DNA of 64,000 bases, from the NCBI RefSeq assembly GCF_009914755.1, contig NC_060935.1. The stretch is one strand, 5' to 3'. This document shows, piece after piece, positions 49,383 to 64,000 of this stretch (position 1 is the first letter of the stretch; each line of letters begins with the position of its first letter). This stretch comes from the human T2T-CHM13v2.0 reference genome, Homo sapiens. A program made the position numbers and the translations under genes. The notes below the pieces were generated by a model that saw only the letters and a list, made by a program, of their open reading frames with translations, made no database searches and was not told the origin of the DNA.

Positions 49383-52300
49383 TTGTGTGTTACTCTTAAC
49401 TCCTCACCACAAAACCAGAACGGCCCTGAGACCAAGACTCAGGTCTCCAGAACAAAGCCCTTAGCCTGACATTCAGGGCCCTTGGCCACTGGGTCTCAGG
49501 AACTGCCGCAGTCCCTTGCAGCCTGTGTCCAGCCTCTCAGAGCCACCTGCCTGCTCCATTCCTTGCTTCCCCAGACTGTTCCTTCTGCCTGAATGGCCCT
49601 CCTGGACCTCCAATGCCAGGGGCACTCCTATCCAACCTCGAAGAGATTGCTCTGTCAGTGCAGCCTTGCAGGGCCTCGCTGGGGGAGAATCAGAATTCCT
49701 TTCTCCTGCCCTCCCTTGGGCTTCCGGAGCCTTCCGTCATCCTCTATTTATAGTTCAAGTCAGGTGCCCCTGGACATGTTGCTGGGAGGGAAGGGCCTCA
49801 GCTGGGAGAGCCGGTTCTGTGACCTGCTGGGGAAGGGCTGGGATTTTCCAGGATGCCTCCTCTAGCCCTATAGTCCCCTTGGCTACCTCTGTCTACGGGG
49901 AAATGGAGCCCCCTACCTGGACAGCCTTAATCCGGTGCACCTGGTGGCTGCTTGTCTCCTTGGCTTTGCTGTGAGCCCTGGGGCCTGGGGATGGGCTTCT
50001 CTCCAGCCCTGGGCCTGCTCCTGCCTCTGCTGTGGTGAGGTGACCTGAGTAACGGGTTGGGTTAGGTGGTCTCTATGTTGGTAGGGGTCTCAGTAGGGTC
50101 AGGCTTGCTCTAGGAGAGAGTCACAGTTGCTAGAGTTGAGTATAGAGGGCAGGAACCAGCTGTAACTTTGCAAAGCTCTGTCCTGGGATGCTCGGCTTCC
50201 CTCCTGTTGTCCTCCACCTTCCAGAAAGCCCAGCAGGGAGAGATGAGCACTGTGTCCCCAAACTCAATGTCACTGTCACCTCCCCTCACCCAGCCCAGCC
50301 ACTCCCCGTCAGCTCCAGACCAACTCGGAATACTCGGGAAGGTTGATCCTTCGACTTCCTCAAGCCATTGCTCAACATCCCCCAATCACAGCCTCCCCAA
50401 CTCCCATCTCCAAAGGCCTCCTTCCTCCCCAGATCCCCGGCTGTCACCATCCTCATTCTTCTAACAAGCTGACAAACTTGAATTCTGAGCGAGCATGACC
50501 TGGGGTCTTGGGCCTGAGCCGCAGCCCTCTGCCTCCACCCCATCCCCCACTTACATGCCCACTTTCAGATACAGACACGGACCCTGATGCCAAGGACATC
50601 CACTGGCTGAATGCCTCCTCCTGCCCTTTCACGAGCTCCCATGCCTGGCCCTGACTACCTGCACGCAGCCCTGGACCCTCAAGTGACTGTAGGAACCCCC
50701 TCTACGAGACTCAGCCCTTTTGCCACCAGTGGGACTTGCAGGCCCAGCTGACCAGCACCTTCTTGCCTGCTGTGGGCCATGTGACCGACGGAATCCCACC
50801 ACATCTGCCGTGAGCCTCGCCTGAATTAGGACCAAGTTTAGGTTTTCAGAATCAGACGGACGTGACTATGTGACCTGGGGCAAGTGACTAACCCTCTCTG
50901 AGCCTCTGACATTTATAGCTGACTCCAATCTGATACATGGGCTCCCCAGGGGCCTGAGGAGGGAAGGTTTGAAACCTCACTCTTCCCTCCCTTGCCCTTG
51001 GAAGGTGAGAGCAGGAGGCTCCTTCATGGAGGTGGCTAGGATGGGGAGGGAGGACCAGGAAGCTTCCTGACCTTGCCCCAGGAGCTGGCAGCCCCCAGTC
51101 CCACCTTGTCCAGAGATCACTCAGGGGAAACCACTCTGGCTGAGGGATTCAGGTGCTGGTGCCAACTAGGAGAAGCAGTCTAGGGCGCCTCCCAGTGGAC
51201 ACCAAGGGAACGTCTATTCTGGCTGGCCCTTGGTCCAGCCCTGTGATTTTAGCCCTTGGCATGCAGTCAGGCTCCAGTACTGACCCCAGCACCAGCAGTG
51301 GCAAATTGCACCTCATTTGAGGAATCTCAGTTTCCTCTTCCACAAAACGGAAATAATGATAACATCACCACACAAGACCACAGTGAGGCTTCCTTCGGAC
51401 GACCCAGGCGACCCGCCTTCCACACTAATGTTTTCCAGGTCTAGAGAGGCCAGGGCTTGCCTGGGGACCACAGTGAGATGTGGTGAGGAGCCAGGGGTTC
51501 AGGCTCTCAGGCTCCTGGTCCACTGCTCTTTCCACTGCTGGGAGGTGCCTCAATGTAACCTTGGACTCTCCAGGCCTATTAACTCCTCCGTGTAGCTCTG
51601 GAAGTTTTCAGATGTTTTAGTGCTATTAACATGCCTGTCCCAGGAACAAGCTTACAAATGCATCCAATTAACCTTCTGCCAACAATTCTGGGACGTGATT
51701 TCTTTTCCAGCCTTTGCAGGGAGATCTCTCTTCCCATCTCCTTCCTGGAAGACAGAAGCCTTGTGCGAGCCCCTTGTGTGATGTCACCCCAGCTAGGGCC
51801 ACCGGACGTTGGTCCTCAGCAGGGAGACTTTGGGTCCTCCACCAGGACCCAGGGCTGACCTGCATGGCCAGGCCCCATGGCCTGGGTAGAACCTTGTTTC
51901 TGCTCCAGGTAAGGAATTGCAGGGGTGAGGGTGTGTGGAGGAAAGGGGCCTCCACAGTGGGGAAGGGGGCTACAGAGGGAATCCCAGCCCCAGCCCCAGC
52001 CCCAGAGGACCCATTTATTTGCTCTCTAACTGTGGTGAAGGGGCCCTTTCTGAAATGCAAGCAGCTCCCGAGTTCCTCTACGGCAGTGTCGGGCTGGTGC
52101 TGGGCATTGAGCGGGGCAGGAGAGGAATTCAGCCACGCCAGGTGCTGTGGCTGTGCCGCGGGCTATTTTCACGTAGGCCGTGTGTTCCTCCGGAGGTGGC
52201 TGGCCGTGGGGCTCCTGGAATTGTGGGCTGGAGCCCTCCTGCTCCCTCTGGCTGGGTCTCTATTGCTGTAGCCCCTAGAATCACCTCTTACAGCCTTGAA

Positions 52301-53548
52301 AGGCCCAGGGGGACTTGACTCTGAGGCTAGGAACCCTCGGGTGGGAGGGACGTGTTCATAAACACATGCACACTGTGCCATACTAGCTTTTAGACAGACA
52401 AAGACAGAGACTGGGTGACCACATGACCTTCAGGACTCACACAACAACACACACACACACACACAAGGGTGAGGGCAAAGGAGAAGCGCCCAGGCAGGCC
52501 CTGGGGGAGGGGGGCGGAGAGCCAAGGGTATGAACTGTGAACAATTAGTGGGAGCCATAGGGCCCCTGGGGGAGCAGAGAAGGAACATGTCCCCCTTCCC
52601 GACCGGATGGCCTTGCCCAAGGCCCCCACCAAGCAGTGGGGGGTGGGGCAGGGGGTGGGGAGTGAGGACAAGGGCCTGAAGCTGGTAACCTGCCCCTGGG
52701 CGAGATGGCTCTGGGAGGCGATGGAGACGCTCACCCCCTCCCTGCTTCCCAGCTGAACTGGACTTTCACAGTCTCTCTGCTCTTTCCTCACCGCCTCTTC
52801 CCACCCTCACCTTTCCCTCTTCTCCCAGCTCACCTAGCCCCTGCCCGCACTGAGGGGGACATAGCCCCCAACACCTCCTTGGCTTTGCAGATGCTATCCC
52901 CCTTGCCTGGAATCCCCCTGCTGCCACCGCCTTTTGCCTTCACCCCACTCTCCTGACAAACACCAGCTCACTTGCAAGGCCCAGCTCAACGCCTCTTTCT
53001 CTGAGAAGGCTTCCCACCACCTCTCTCCTCCTGGCAGAATTCATCTGTGTTCCCCAGTGCTCCCGGGGCCCTTGCACAGACCTCTGCGGCTCCAAAGGCT
53101 TCCTGCTGTAATACTCTGTGCACACAGCTGAATCCCTGACTCCACTCTGCTGAGAAGGTTGTGCTTTTTTCTATTTTGTACCGAGGGCAACGGGAGGCCA
53201 TGGAACAGTTTCAAAGGAGCTATGCAACAGGATTAAATTTGTGCTTTGAAAGATCACCGGGGCAGCCGCGTGGCAGACGAAGGCAGGGAGAGGACAGAGG
53301 CAGGGAGAGGACGGAGGCAGGGAGAGGGTACAGGAGGCTTCTGTCATTGTCCAGAATGGAGTCTCAGCCGTGGAGACGGAGGTGGAGGTGGGAGAGGTGG
53401 AAGGATTCCAGAGATATTTGGAGGAAAGCTTCCCCCTGGCCAGTGGTCCCCAAGCCTGGCTGTGCACCCAAATTCCCCGGGCAGATTTTAAAAAAATAGG
53501 TTTCTGGGGTCTACTCAAGATGCCCTTAAACGGGATCTCAGGGGCTAG

Positions 53549-54745
<1,197 letters not shown>

Positions 54746-55952
54746 AACGAATCCTCAAGTACTTCTGATGCAGCTGGTGTGTGGTCTGCAGTTTGGGAAC
54801 CGCCATCCGTGTGGCTCAAGCTGAAAGGTACCCTCTGCCTGTCTCTTTGCTATTAGGAGCAAAATCAGATCCTAGCACCCCCAGAACGTGGGGTGGGGGT
54901 TCCTTTTGACCTCTGGGGAGAATTTTCTCCTAGACAGGCTCTCTCTCAAAGTCTGCTAGTCAGATCCGGTAGTAACTCCACACCCCACATTATTATTAAT
55001 TTTCATGACCTACATTTATATCATGTTTTAGATGCTGCTACTCAAAGCGTGGTCTCGCATTCCTTGGAGCTGATTAGAAATGCAGGGTCTCGGGCCACCC
55101 CCACGGTTGAATCTGAATCAGCGCATTAAGAAATTCCTCGGGGAATTCATGTGCGCGGTGCAGTGCAGCGTGGGAGCACAGCTTCAGGGTTTACAGAGTG
55201 GCATCTGGCGGGAGTTGGGGGAGGGAAGCCTGACCCCAGAGCCCGGCAGGAGAGGTAGCTGAGAGGCTGGGAGGCAGCCCAGGCTGATGTGAGCCTGGTT
55301 TTGTCTCTCTCATCCCACTGCCACAGTTCCCATTAAATGAAGCTGTCCCCATGGACCTGTCAACGGCCTCTTGGTGGCTTAGTCCCTGGACCTCACTCAA
55401 TAAGCAGCCCTCCCAGGCCTCAGCCACCAATTCCCAGGGCCACCTGGCTATTGTGCTTGGCTTTCTTATTCCATGGCTTGTCCTGACACAGACCCTTCTG
55501 GCAGGGCACTTGCTCTCATGACGTCCCAGCAATCCCATCCGTTTGCACTTGTTGTAACGGCTTATTGGGCACTTACTAAGTGCCAGGGACTGAGAAAAGG
55601 ACTCCACAGGCACCAGGCCATTTGGTCCTCACAAAACCCCATGAGGATGCTGCAGGGATTATCTGCATTTGGCAGACAAGGAAACCAAGGCTCAGAAAAG
55701 TGAAATAACTTGTACAAGCTACCATAATTAATAAGTGCTCAAGGTGGGATTTGAACTCTTGTCGGTCTGCCGGGCCTGAGTTCTTAACTAGAATGCCTCC
55801 ATTTTTGCTGTGTTTTTATGGAGAACACTGAAGTTCAGTTTTGCAACCTGCGCAAGGTCATATGGCTGTTAAGTGCTGGGCCTGGGACTTGAACTCAGGG
55901 TGTTGTATTCCCAAACCTCAAATTCTTAACTGCTGGACTGGTTTCTTTATCC

Positions 55953-56552
<600 letters not shown>

Positions 56553-56741
56553 CTTTACCCCATGTTACAGATTTGGGAGCTGAGACAGAGATGCTGAGCA
56601 AGTCAGCCTGGGTGTGTGAGGGTCTCCTAGTGCTATTCTGTCCACTCCAATTCCAGCTGCCTGGGCTCACTCTGGCATCAACCATCTCTGTCTGGGCTAC
56701 CTCAGCAATAACCAGCATTGGGGGCTGAGTACCCCCACCCT

Positions 56742-58042
<1,301 letters not shown>

Positions 58043-58264
58043 TTACAATGGCTTCTGGTACTGCTGAAAGCCTCCAGAGAGTCACATATCTAAAGTGCCT
58101 AGCACCCAGTTCACATTATCACCTGGGCTGGCCAAATCTAAGAGAGGCAATTTACACCGGGCTTCTGTGAGGGACAGGTGAATTATACAGTATATAGGAA
58201 AAATATGCAGTGCTGGCTATACAGCAAGCTGTATGTCAGTAACAGGTATTATTATTATTAGGAA

Positions 58265-58440
58265 CAGGGACAGCTACATACTTTGCAGAGCCCAGTGCAA
58301 AATGAACATGTGGGGCCCTTGCTCACACATCATGAAGAATTTCAAGGTGTTGACAGCAGAGCATTAAATCAAGCTCTAGCCCTTTGGAGTGTAGGGCCCT
58401 CTGCAGCTGCAAAGGCTGCACAACCATGAAGCTGGCTGGG
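58265..58440 (-). mobile_element. MER45A hAT-Tip100 MITE
   Basis: CAGGGACAGCTACATACTTTGCAGAGCCCAGTGCAAAATG...GACAGCAGAGCATTAAA...CATGAAGCTGGC matches the reverse of the recalled MER45A consensus. Confidence 0.8.
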
Positions 58441-59430
58441 ACTGTGACACAGGACACCAGAATCTTTATAATGGGCTCAGCTCTCTGTCCTTGGGAGGGT
58501 TGCCTCTCTGTTCAATGCTGGCGATGAGTGAGGCTTTGGGTTCCATACCTCCCCTGGTCTCCAGATTATTCTAGGAGAACCCCTTGTTACCTAGGAACTC
58601 CTAATAGCTGCTGCTTGGCCCAGCCCCAGATTCATGTCTGGAATAAGAGAACAGGATCCTTGAGTGTGAGGGCAGAAGACCCTTTGAGATCATCCCCTTC
58701 CCACCCCAAAATGGTGAGGACCTGCCAAGGACATGTGGGACCCAGTGATGAGGCAGAACAAAGATCCAGCCTCTGACTCCCAGCCTGGGAGCCCCATCTG
58801 GAAGAAGCAGCTTAGGCCTGATGAGGACGCCGGGGCTCCATGGCAGGAGGAGGGTGTGCTGGGGAGGAGGGGTGTGGGGAGGACAGTGCCACACCTGTCA
58901 GCCTGGGCTGTCCCTGGAGGAGGGGAGGGAGGAGTTTTTGTTCTCTTGGCTTCTCTGTGCTTTTTTGCAGTGGCACAAATTGCTTTTGTAATAACAGGAA
59001 AAAACGATCAACGAACCTTCATTTAAGAAAAAGCACAGCGTTCTCATGGGAACCAAGAAGACAAGCCCTTAATGCAAAGTGTATTCAGAGAGAAGAAAAC
59101 AAGAAAAGCAGAGACGATTGGATTACAGCAATTGCTCTTATAACTCCTCTCCGCCCACCCCCTCGATGAGAAGCTGGTTTGAAGGACTGAGTATCAAATC
59201 CCTACTGAGCTCTGAGGTTCCAGGTGTGGATGGAGTGTGGGGCCCATGTGTGTGTCAGTGTGTGTGGGTGTGATTGTGTGAGCAACTGGGTGTGTGAGGT
59301 TCAGGCCCAGTCGGCTTGTCCAGACGCCAGGCCTGAGATGCCCTGGGGGTGCTAAGAGGGGTAGAGAGAAGCCAAAGGAACACAGGCTTTGAAACGAGGC
59401 AGAATTGAGTTGGAGTCCCAACCCCACCAA

Positions 59431-59454
59431 CCTCACCTCTCTTCACTCTTCAGG
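59431..59454 (+). promoter_or_regulatory. Candidate 3' splice acceptor feeding into the RPLP0 retrocopy
   Basis: CCTCACCTCTCTTCACTCTTCAG|G: branch-like CTCAC, pyrimidine tract, AG at 59452-59453. Confidence 0.6.
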
Positions 59455-59476
59455 CAGCGTAGAAAACAATGCCTGC

Positions 59477-60660
59477 CTTTTGCCAGGCATCCTCATGGAA
59501 GTGACATCGTCTTTAAACCTGTGTGGCAATCCCTGACGCACCACCGTGATGCCCAGGAAAGACAGGGTGACCTGGAAACCCAACTACTTCCTTAAGATCA
59601 TCCAGCTATTGGATGATTATCTGAAATGTTTCATCGTGGGAGCAGACAATGTGAACTCCAAGCAGATGCAGCAGATCCGCATGTCCCTCTGCGGCAAGGC
59701 CGTGGTGCTGATGGGCAAGAACGCCATGACGCGCAAGGCCATCCGAGGGCACCTGGAAAACAGCCCAGCTCTGGAGAAACTGCTGCCTCGCATCTGGGAG
59801 AATGTGGGCTTTGTGTTCACCAAGGAGGACCTCACTGAGATCAGGGACCTGCTGCTGGCCAATAAGGTGCCAGCTGCCACCCGTGCTGGTGCCATTACCC
59901 CATGTGAAGTCACTGTGCCAGCCCAGAATACTGGTCTGGACCCCGAGAAGACCTCCTTTTTCCAGGCTTTAGGTATCATCACTAAAATCTCCAGGGGCGC
60001 CATTGAAATCCTGAGTGATGCGCAGCTGATCAAGACGGGAGACAAAGTGGGAGCCAGTGAAGCCACGCTGCTGACCATGCTCAACATCTCCCCCTTCTCC
60101 TCTGGGCTGGTCATCCAGCAGGTGTTCGACAACGGCAGCATCTACAACCCTGAAGTGCTTGACATCACAGAGGAAACTCTGTATTCTCGCTTCCTGGAGG
60201 GTGTCCGCAATGTTGCCGGTGTCTGTCCGCAGATCCACTACCCAACTGTTGCATCAGTGCCCCATTCTATCATCGACGGGTACAAACGAGTCCTGGCCTT
60301 GTCTGTGGAGACTGATGACAACTTCCTGCTTGCTGAAAAGGTCAAGGCCTTCTTGGCTGATCCATCTGCCTTTGTGGCTGCAGCCCCTGTGGCTGCTGCC
60401 ACCACAGCTGCTCCTGCTGCTGCTGCTGCAGCCCCAGCTAAGGATGAAGCCAAGGAAGAGTCGGAGGGAGGAGTCAGACGAGGATATGGGATTGGGTCTC
60501 TTTGACTAATCACCAAAAAGCAACCAACTTAGCCAGCTTTATTTGCAAAACAAGGAAATAAAGGCTTACTTCTTTAAAAAAAAAAAAAAGAAAAGAAAAA
60601 AAGAAGAAAGAAAGAAACAAAGAAAGAAAGAAAGAGAAAGAAAGAAAAGAAAAAAAAAAT
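59477..60660 (+). pseudogene. RPLP0P2: Processed pseudogene of ribosomal protein P0/uL10; ORF from ATG 59549 to 60505 (318 aa) with C-terminal frameshift
   Basis: Intronless RPLP0 5' UTR, CDS and 3' UTR; AATAAA 60557-60562; poly(A)/(AAAG)n tail from 60576; degenerate TSD AAAACAATGCCTGC (59463-59476) / AAAACAACACTTGC (60661-60674); about 30 aa substitutions versus recalled RPLP0; P2 symbol inferred from synteny with SYT7. Confidence 0.93.
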
Positions 60661-60714
60661 AAAACAACACTTGCTCCCACGGTTGTGACAGTGGGGTTTA
60701 AAGAAAACCAGCAG

Positions 60715-61281
<567 letters not shown>

Positions 61282-61510
61282 ACCACATGGTGATCTCTAA
61301 CCTGACCCCAGGGGAGGACAGGAGGGAGGACGGATAGCACCCTGGGAGGCCAGGGCCTGGCGTCCCACCCTGTCACCCTCGTGCCCAGTGTCCAGGGGCT
61401 CCGAGTTAGCCATGGCCTGGCGCGTAGCCTTAGGAGAGACCCTCCAGCCATTCGGTGGAGCGTGGAGACCCCTCGTGGCCACACGGAGGACTGCAGCTCT
61501 CAGCGTGTGA

Positions 61511-61882
<372 letters not shown>

Positions 61883-62064
61883 GCTTGAGCTCCTTTAAAG
61901 GTGCCACGATTTATGCTTGGTGTTATGGACAAAGAAAGGAGGTGATTCCCATCCCAGAGAATCTACCACCGGGAGAGTTACAGAGGCTGGGCCGCCCTAT
62001 ATCTACCTCCCACCCCTGTATACATCCATATAGAAGAGAACTCAGGGTTCAATCAGGGGACCTA

Positions 62065-62481
<417 letters not shown>

Positions 62482-62782
62482 GGTGGTGGAGGCAGGTAAA
62501 TTGGGTCAGAGTCATGCTCCCTTGCTCCCCTCCAAGCAGTAGAAATTGCTAATAAAATGCTTAAAACAAGGATCATGATGTGCCAGACACTAGGAGAAGC
62601 CCTTTGCATGTAGTACCTCATCTGATCCCTGAGGAGCAGGTACTATTAGCCTGTATGAGGAAGCTGATGCCCAGAGAGGTTTAGGCGATTAGGCTAAAGT
62701 GGTAGATTCGGAATTTGAACCCAGGCCCACATGGCTCCAGAGCCCAAGCTTTGGTGCACAAAGCAATGAGTCTGCCTAGCAG

Positions 62783-63402
62783 CGTCAGAGATGTTTGAAC
62801 CCGAGCAACTCCATCTTGAATAGAGGCTGGGTAAAATGAGGCTGAGACCCACTGGGCTTCATTCCCAGGAGGTGAGGCATTCTTAGTCACAGGATGAGCT
62901 AGGTCGGCACACGGTACAGGTCACAAAGACCTTGCTGATAAAACAAGAGGCAGTACAGAAGCCAGCCAAATCCCACCAAAACCAAGATGGCGACGAAAGT
63001 GACCTCTGGTCAGCCTCACTGCTCACTATATGCTAATTATAATGCATTAGCATACTAAAAGACACTCCTACCAGCGCCATCACAATTTACAAATGCCATG
63101 GCAACATTAGGAATTTACCCTATATGGTCTAAAAGTGGGAGGAACCCTCAGTTCCAGGAATTGCCCACCCCTTTCTGGGAAAACTCATGAATAACTCACT
63201 GCTTGTTTAGCATATAAGCAAGAAATAACCAAAACACTAGCCAACCAGCAGCCCTCTGCCTATGGAGTAACCATTCTTTATTTGTTTACTTTCTTAATAA
63301 ACTTGCCTTTACTTTACTGTATGGACTCACCCCGAGTCCTTTCTTGCATGAGGCCGAAAAAGCCTCTCTTGAGGTCTGGATCAGGACCCCTTTCCAGTAA
63401 CA
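62783..63402 (+). mobile_element. MER41 (MER41B-like) ERV1 solo LTR with two GAS motifs
   Basis: CGTCAGAGATGTTTGAACCCGAGCAACTCCATCTTGAATAG...GGACCCCTTTCCAGTAACA; TTCCAGGAA 63152-63160 and TTCTGGGAA 63173-63181. Confidence 0.9.
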
Positions 63403-63887
63403 ATGGGGCAGCCCATGACTTACTAAGCAAATGCACTCACCTCTCTGGGCCTTGGGGTCCTCCCCATTCAGGTCAGATATTTAGTTTAGTTTTATTTGTT
63501 TTATTGTTTTTGTTTTAAGACCATGTGGGGGCTAGTTCCCAGCTCTGGATGCCCATTGGATTCATTAAGTTTCCTTGGTCTGGGTGCATCCTGGACACTG
63601 GGATTTTTTTAAGCTTCCCAGGTGATTCTAATGAGCAGCAAGGTTTGCAAAGGGCCTCACAGGCTATGGTACAGAGATTAAACTTTATTCTGCTAGGTGA
63701 CAAACCAGTGGTGGCTCCTCATGTCCCCCCAGCCCTAGGTCTACTCAGTTGCCTTTTGCTATTTATTAGATAAAATTGACCCCTTGGAAGTAAAAATTCA
63801 GTGGGGGATTAGCATATTCACAAGGTCGTACAACCATTACCATCAGATTCCAGAACATTCCATCCCCCCATAAAGCAACCCTGTAGT

Positions 63888-64000
63888 GGCCGGGCACGGT
63901 GGCTCACGCCTGTAATCCCAGCACTTTGGGAGACCGAGGCGGGTGGATCACGAGGTCAGGAGATTGAGACCATCCTGGCTAACATGGAGAAACCCCATCT
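63888..64000 (+). mobile_element. AluY, cut by window end, inside an L1M fragment (about 63770-63885)
   Basis: ggccgggcacggtggctcacgcc...gagattgagaccatcctggctaac. Confidence 0.88.

Noticed and set aside
59617-60141. 174-aa antisense ORF within the retrocopy
   Set aside because: Shadow of the sense RPLP0 codon structure
59549-60505. Calling this the functional RPLP0 gene
   Set aside because: Intronless, poly(A) tail and TSDs, many substitutions at conserved residues, C-terminal frameshift

Overview
Human (primate) genomic DNA, recognisable as the chr11q12 SYT7-RPLP0P2 interval (locus identity from recalled sequences, not a search). The left end holds the CpG-island promoter and first coding exon of SYT7 on the minus strand (MYRDPEAASPG, then a GTAAGC donor), with a second CpG-rich/GC-box element at about 10.4-11.3 kb. 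The middle is repeat-rich intergenic or intronic DNA: more than 35 Alus, L1/L2/MIR fossils, THE1A, MLT1, MER31/67-type and MER41 LTRs, and Tigger4a, MER1B, MER45A and Zaphod-like DNA transposons. The right end holds a processed RPLP0 (uL10) retrocopy with TSDs and a poly(A) tail. Its reading frame is open for 318 codons, but a 4-nt duplication frameshifts away the conserved C-terminal SDEDMGFGLFD motif. The most interesting composite is an all-transposon-built transcription unit: a THE1A LTR promoter with an intact splice donor, an acceptor just upstream of the retrocopy, inverted Alus downstream, and a MER41 LTR with two intact STAT GAS sites. Other notable items are a 51-bp near-perfect direct repeat upstream of SYT7, a SYT7 uORF, a triple TSD from successive Alu and L1PA2 insertions at one site, and two distant Alus sharing private lesions. 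Almost all ORFs in the supplied track are spurious (GC-rich or Alu-derived). Repeat boundaries and subfamily calls are by eye and approximate.
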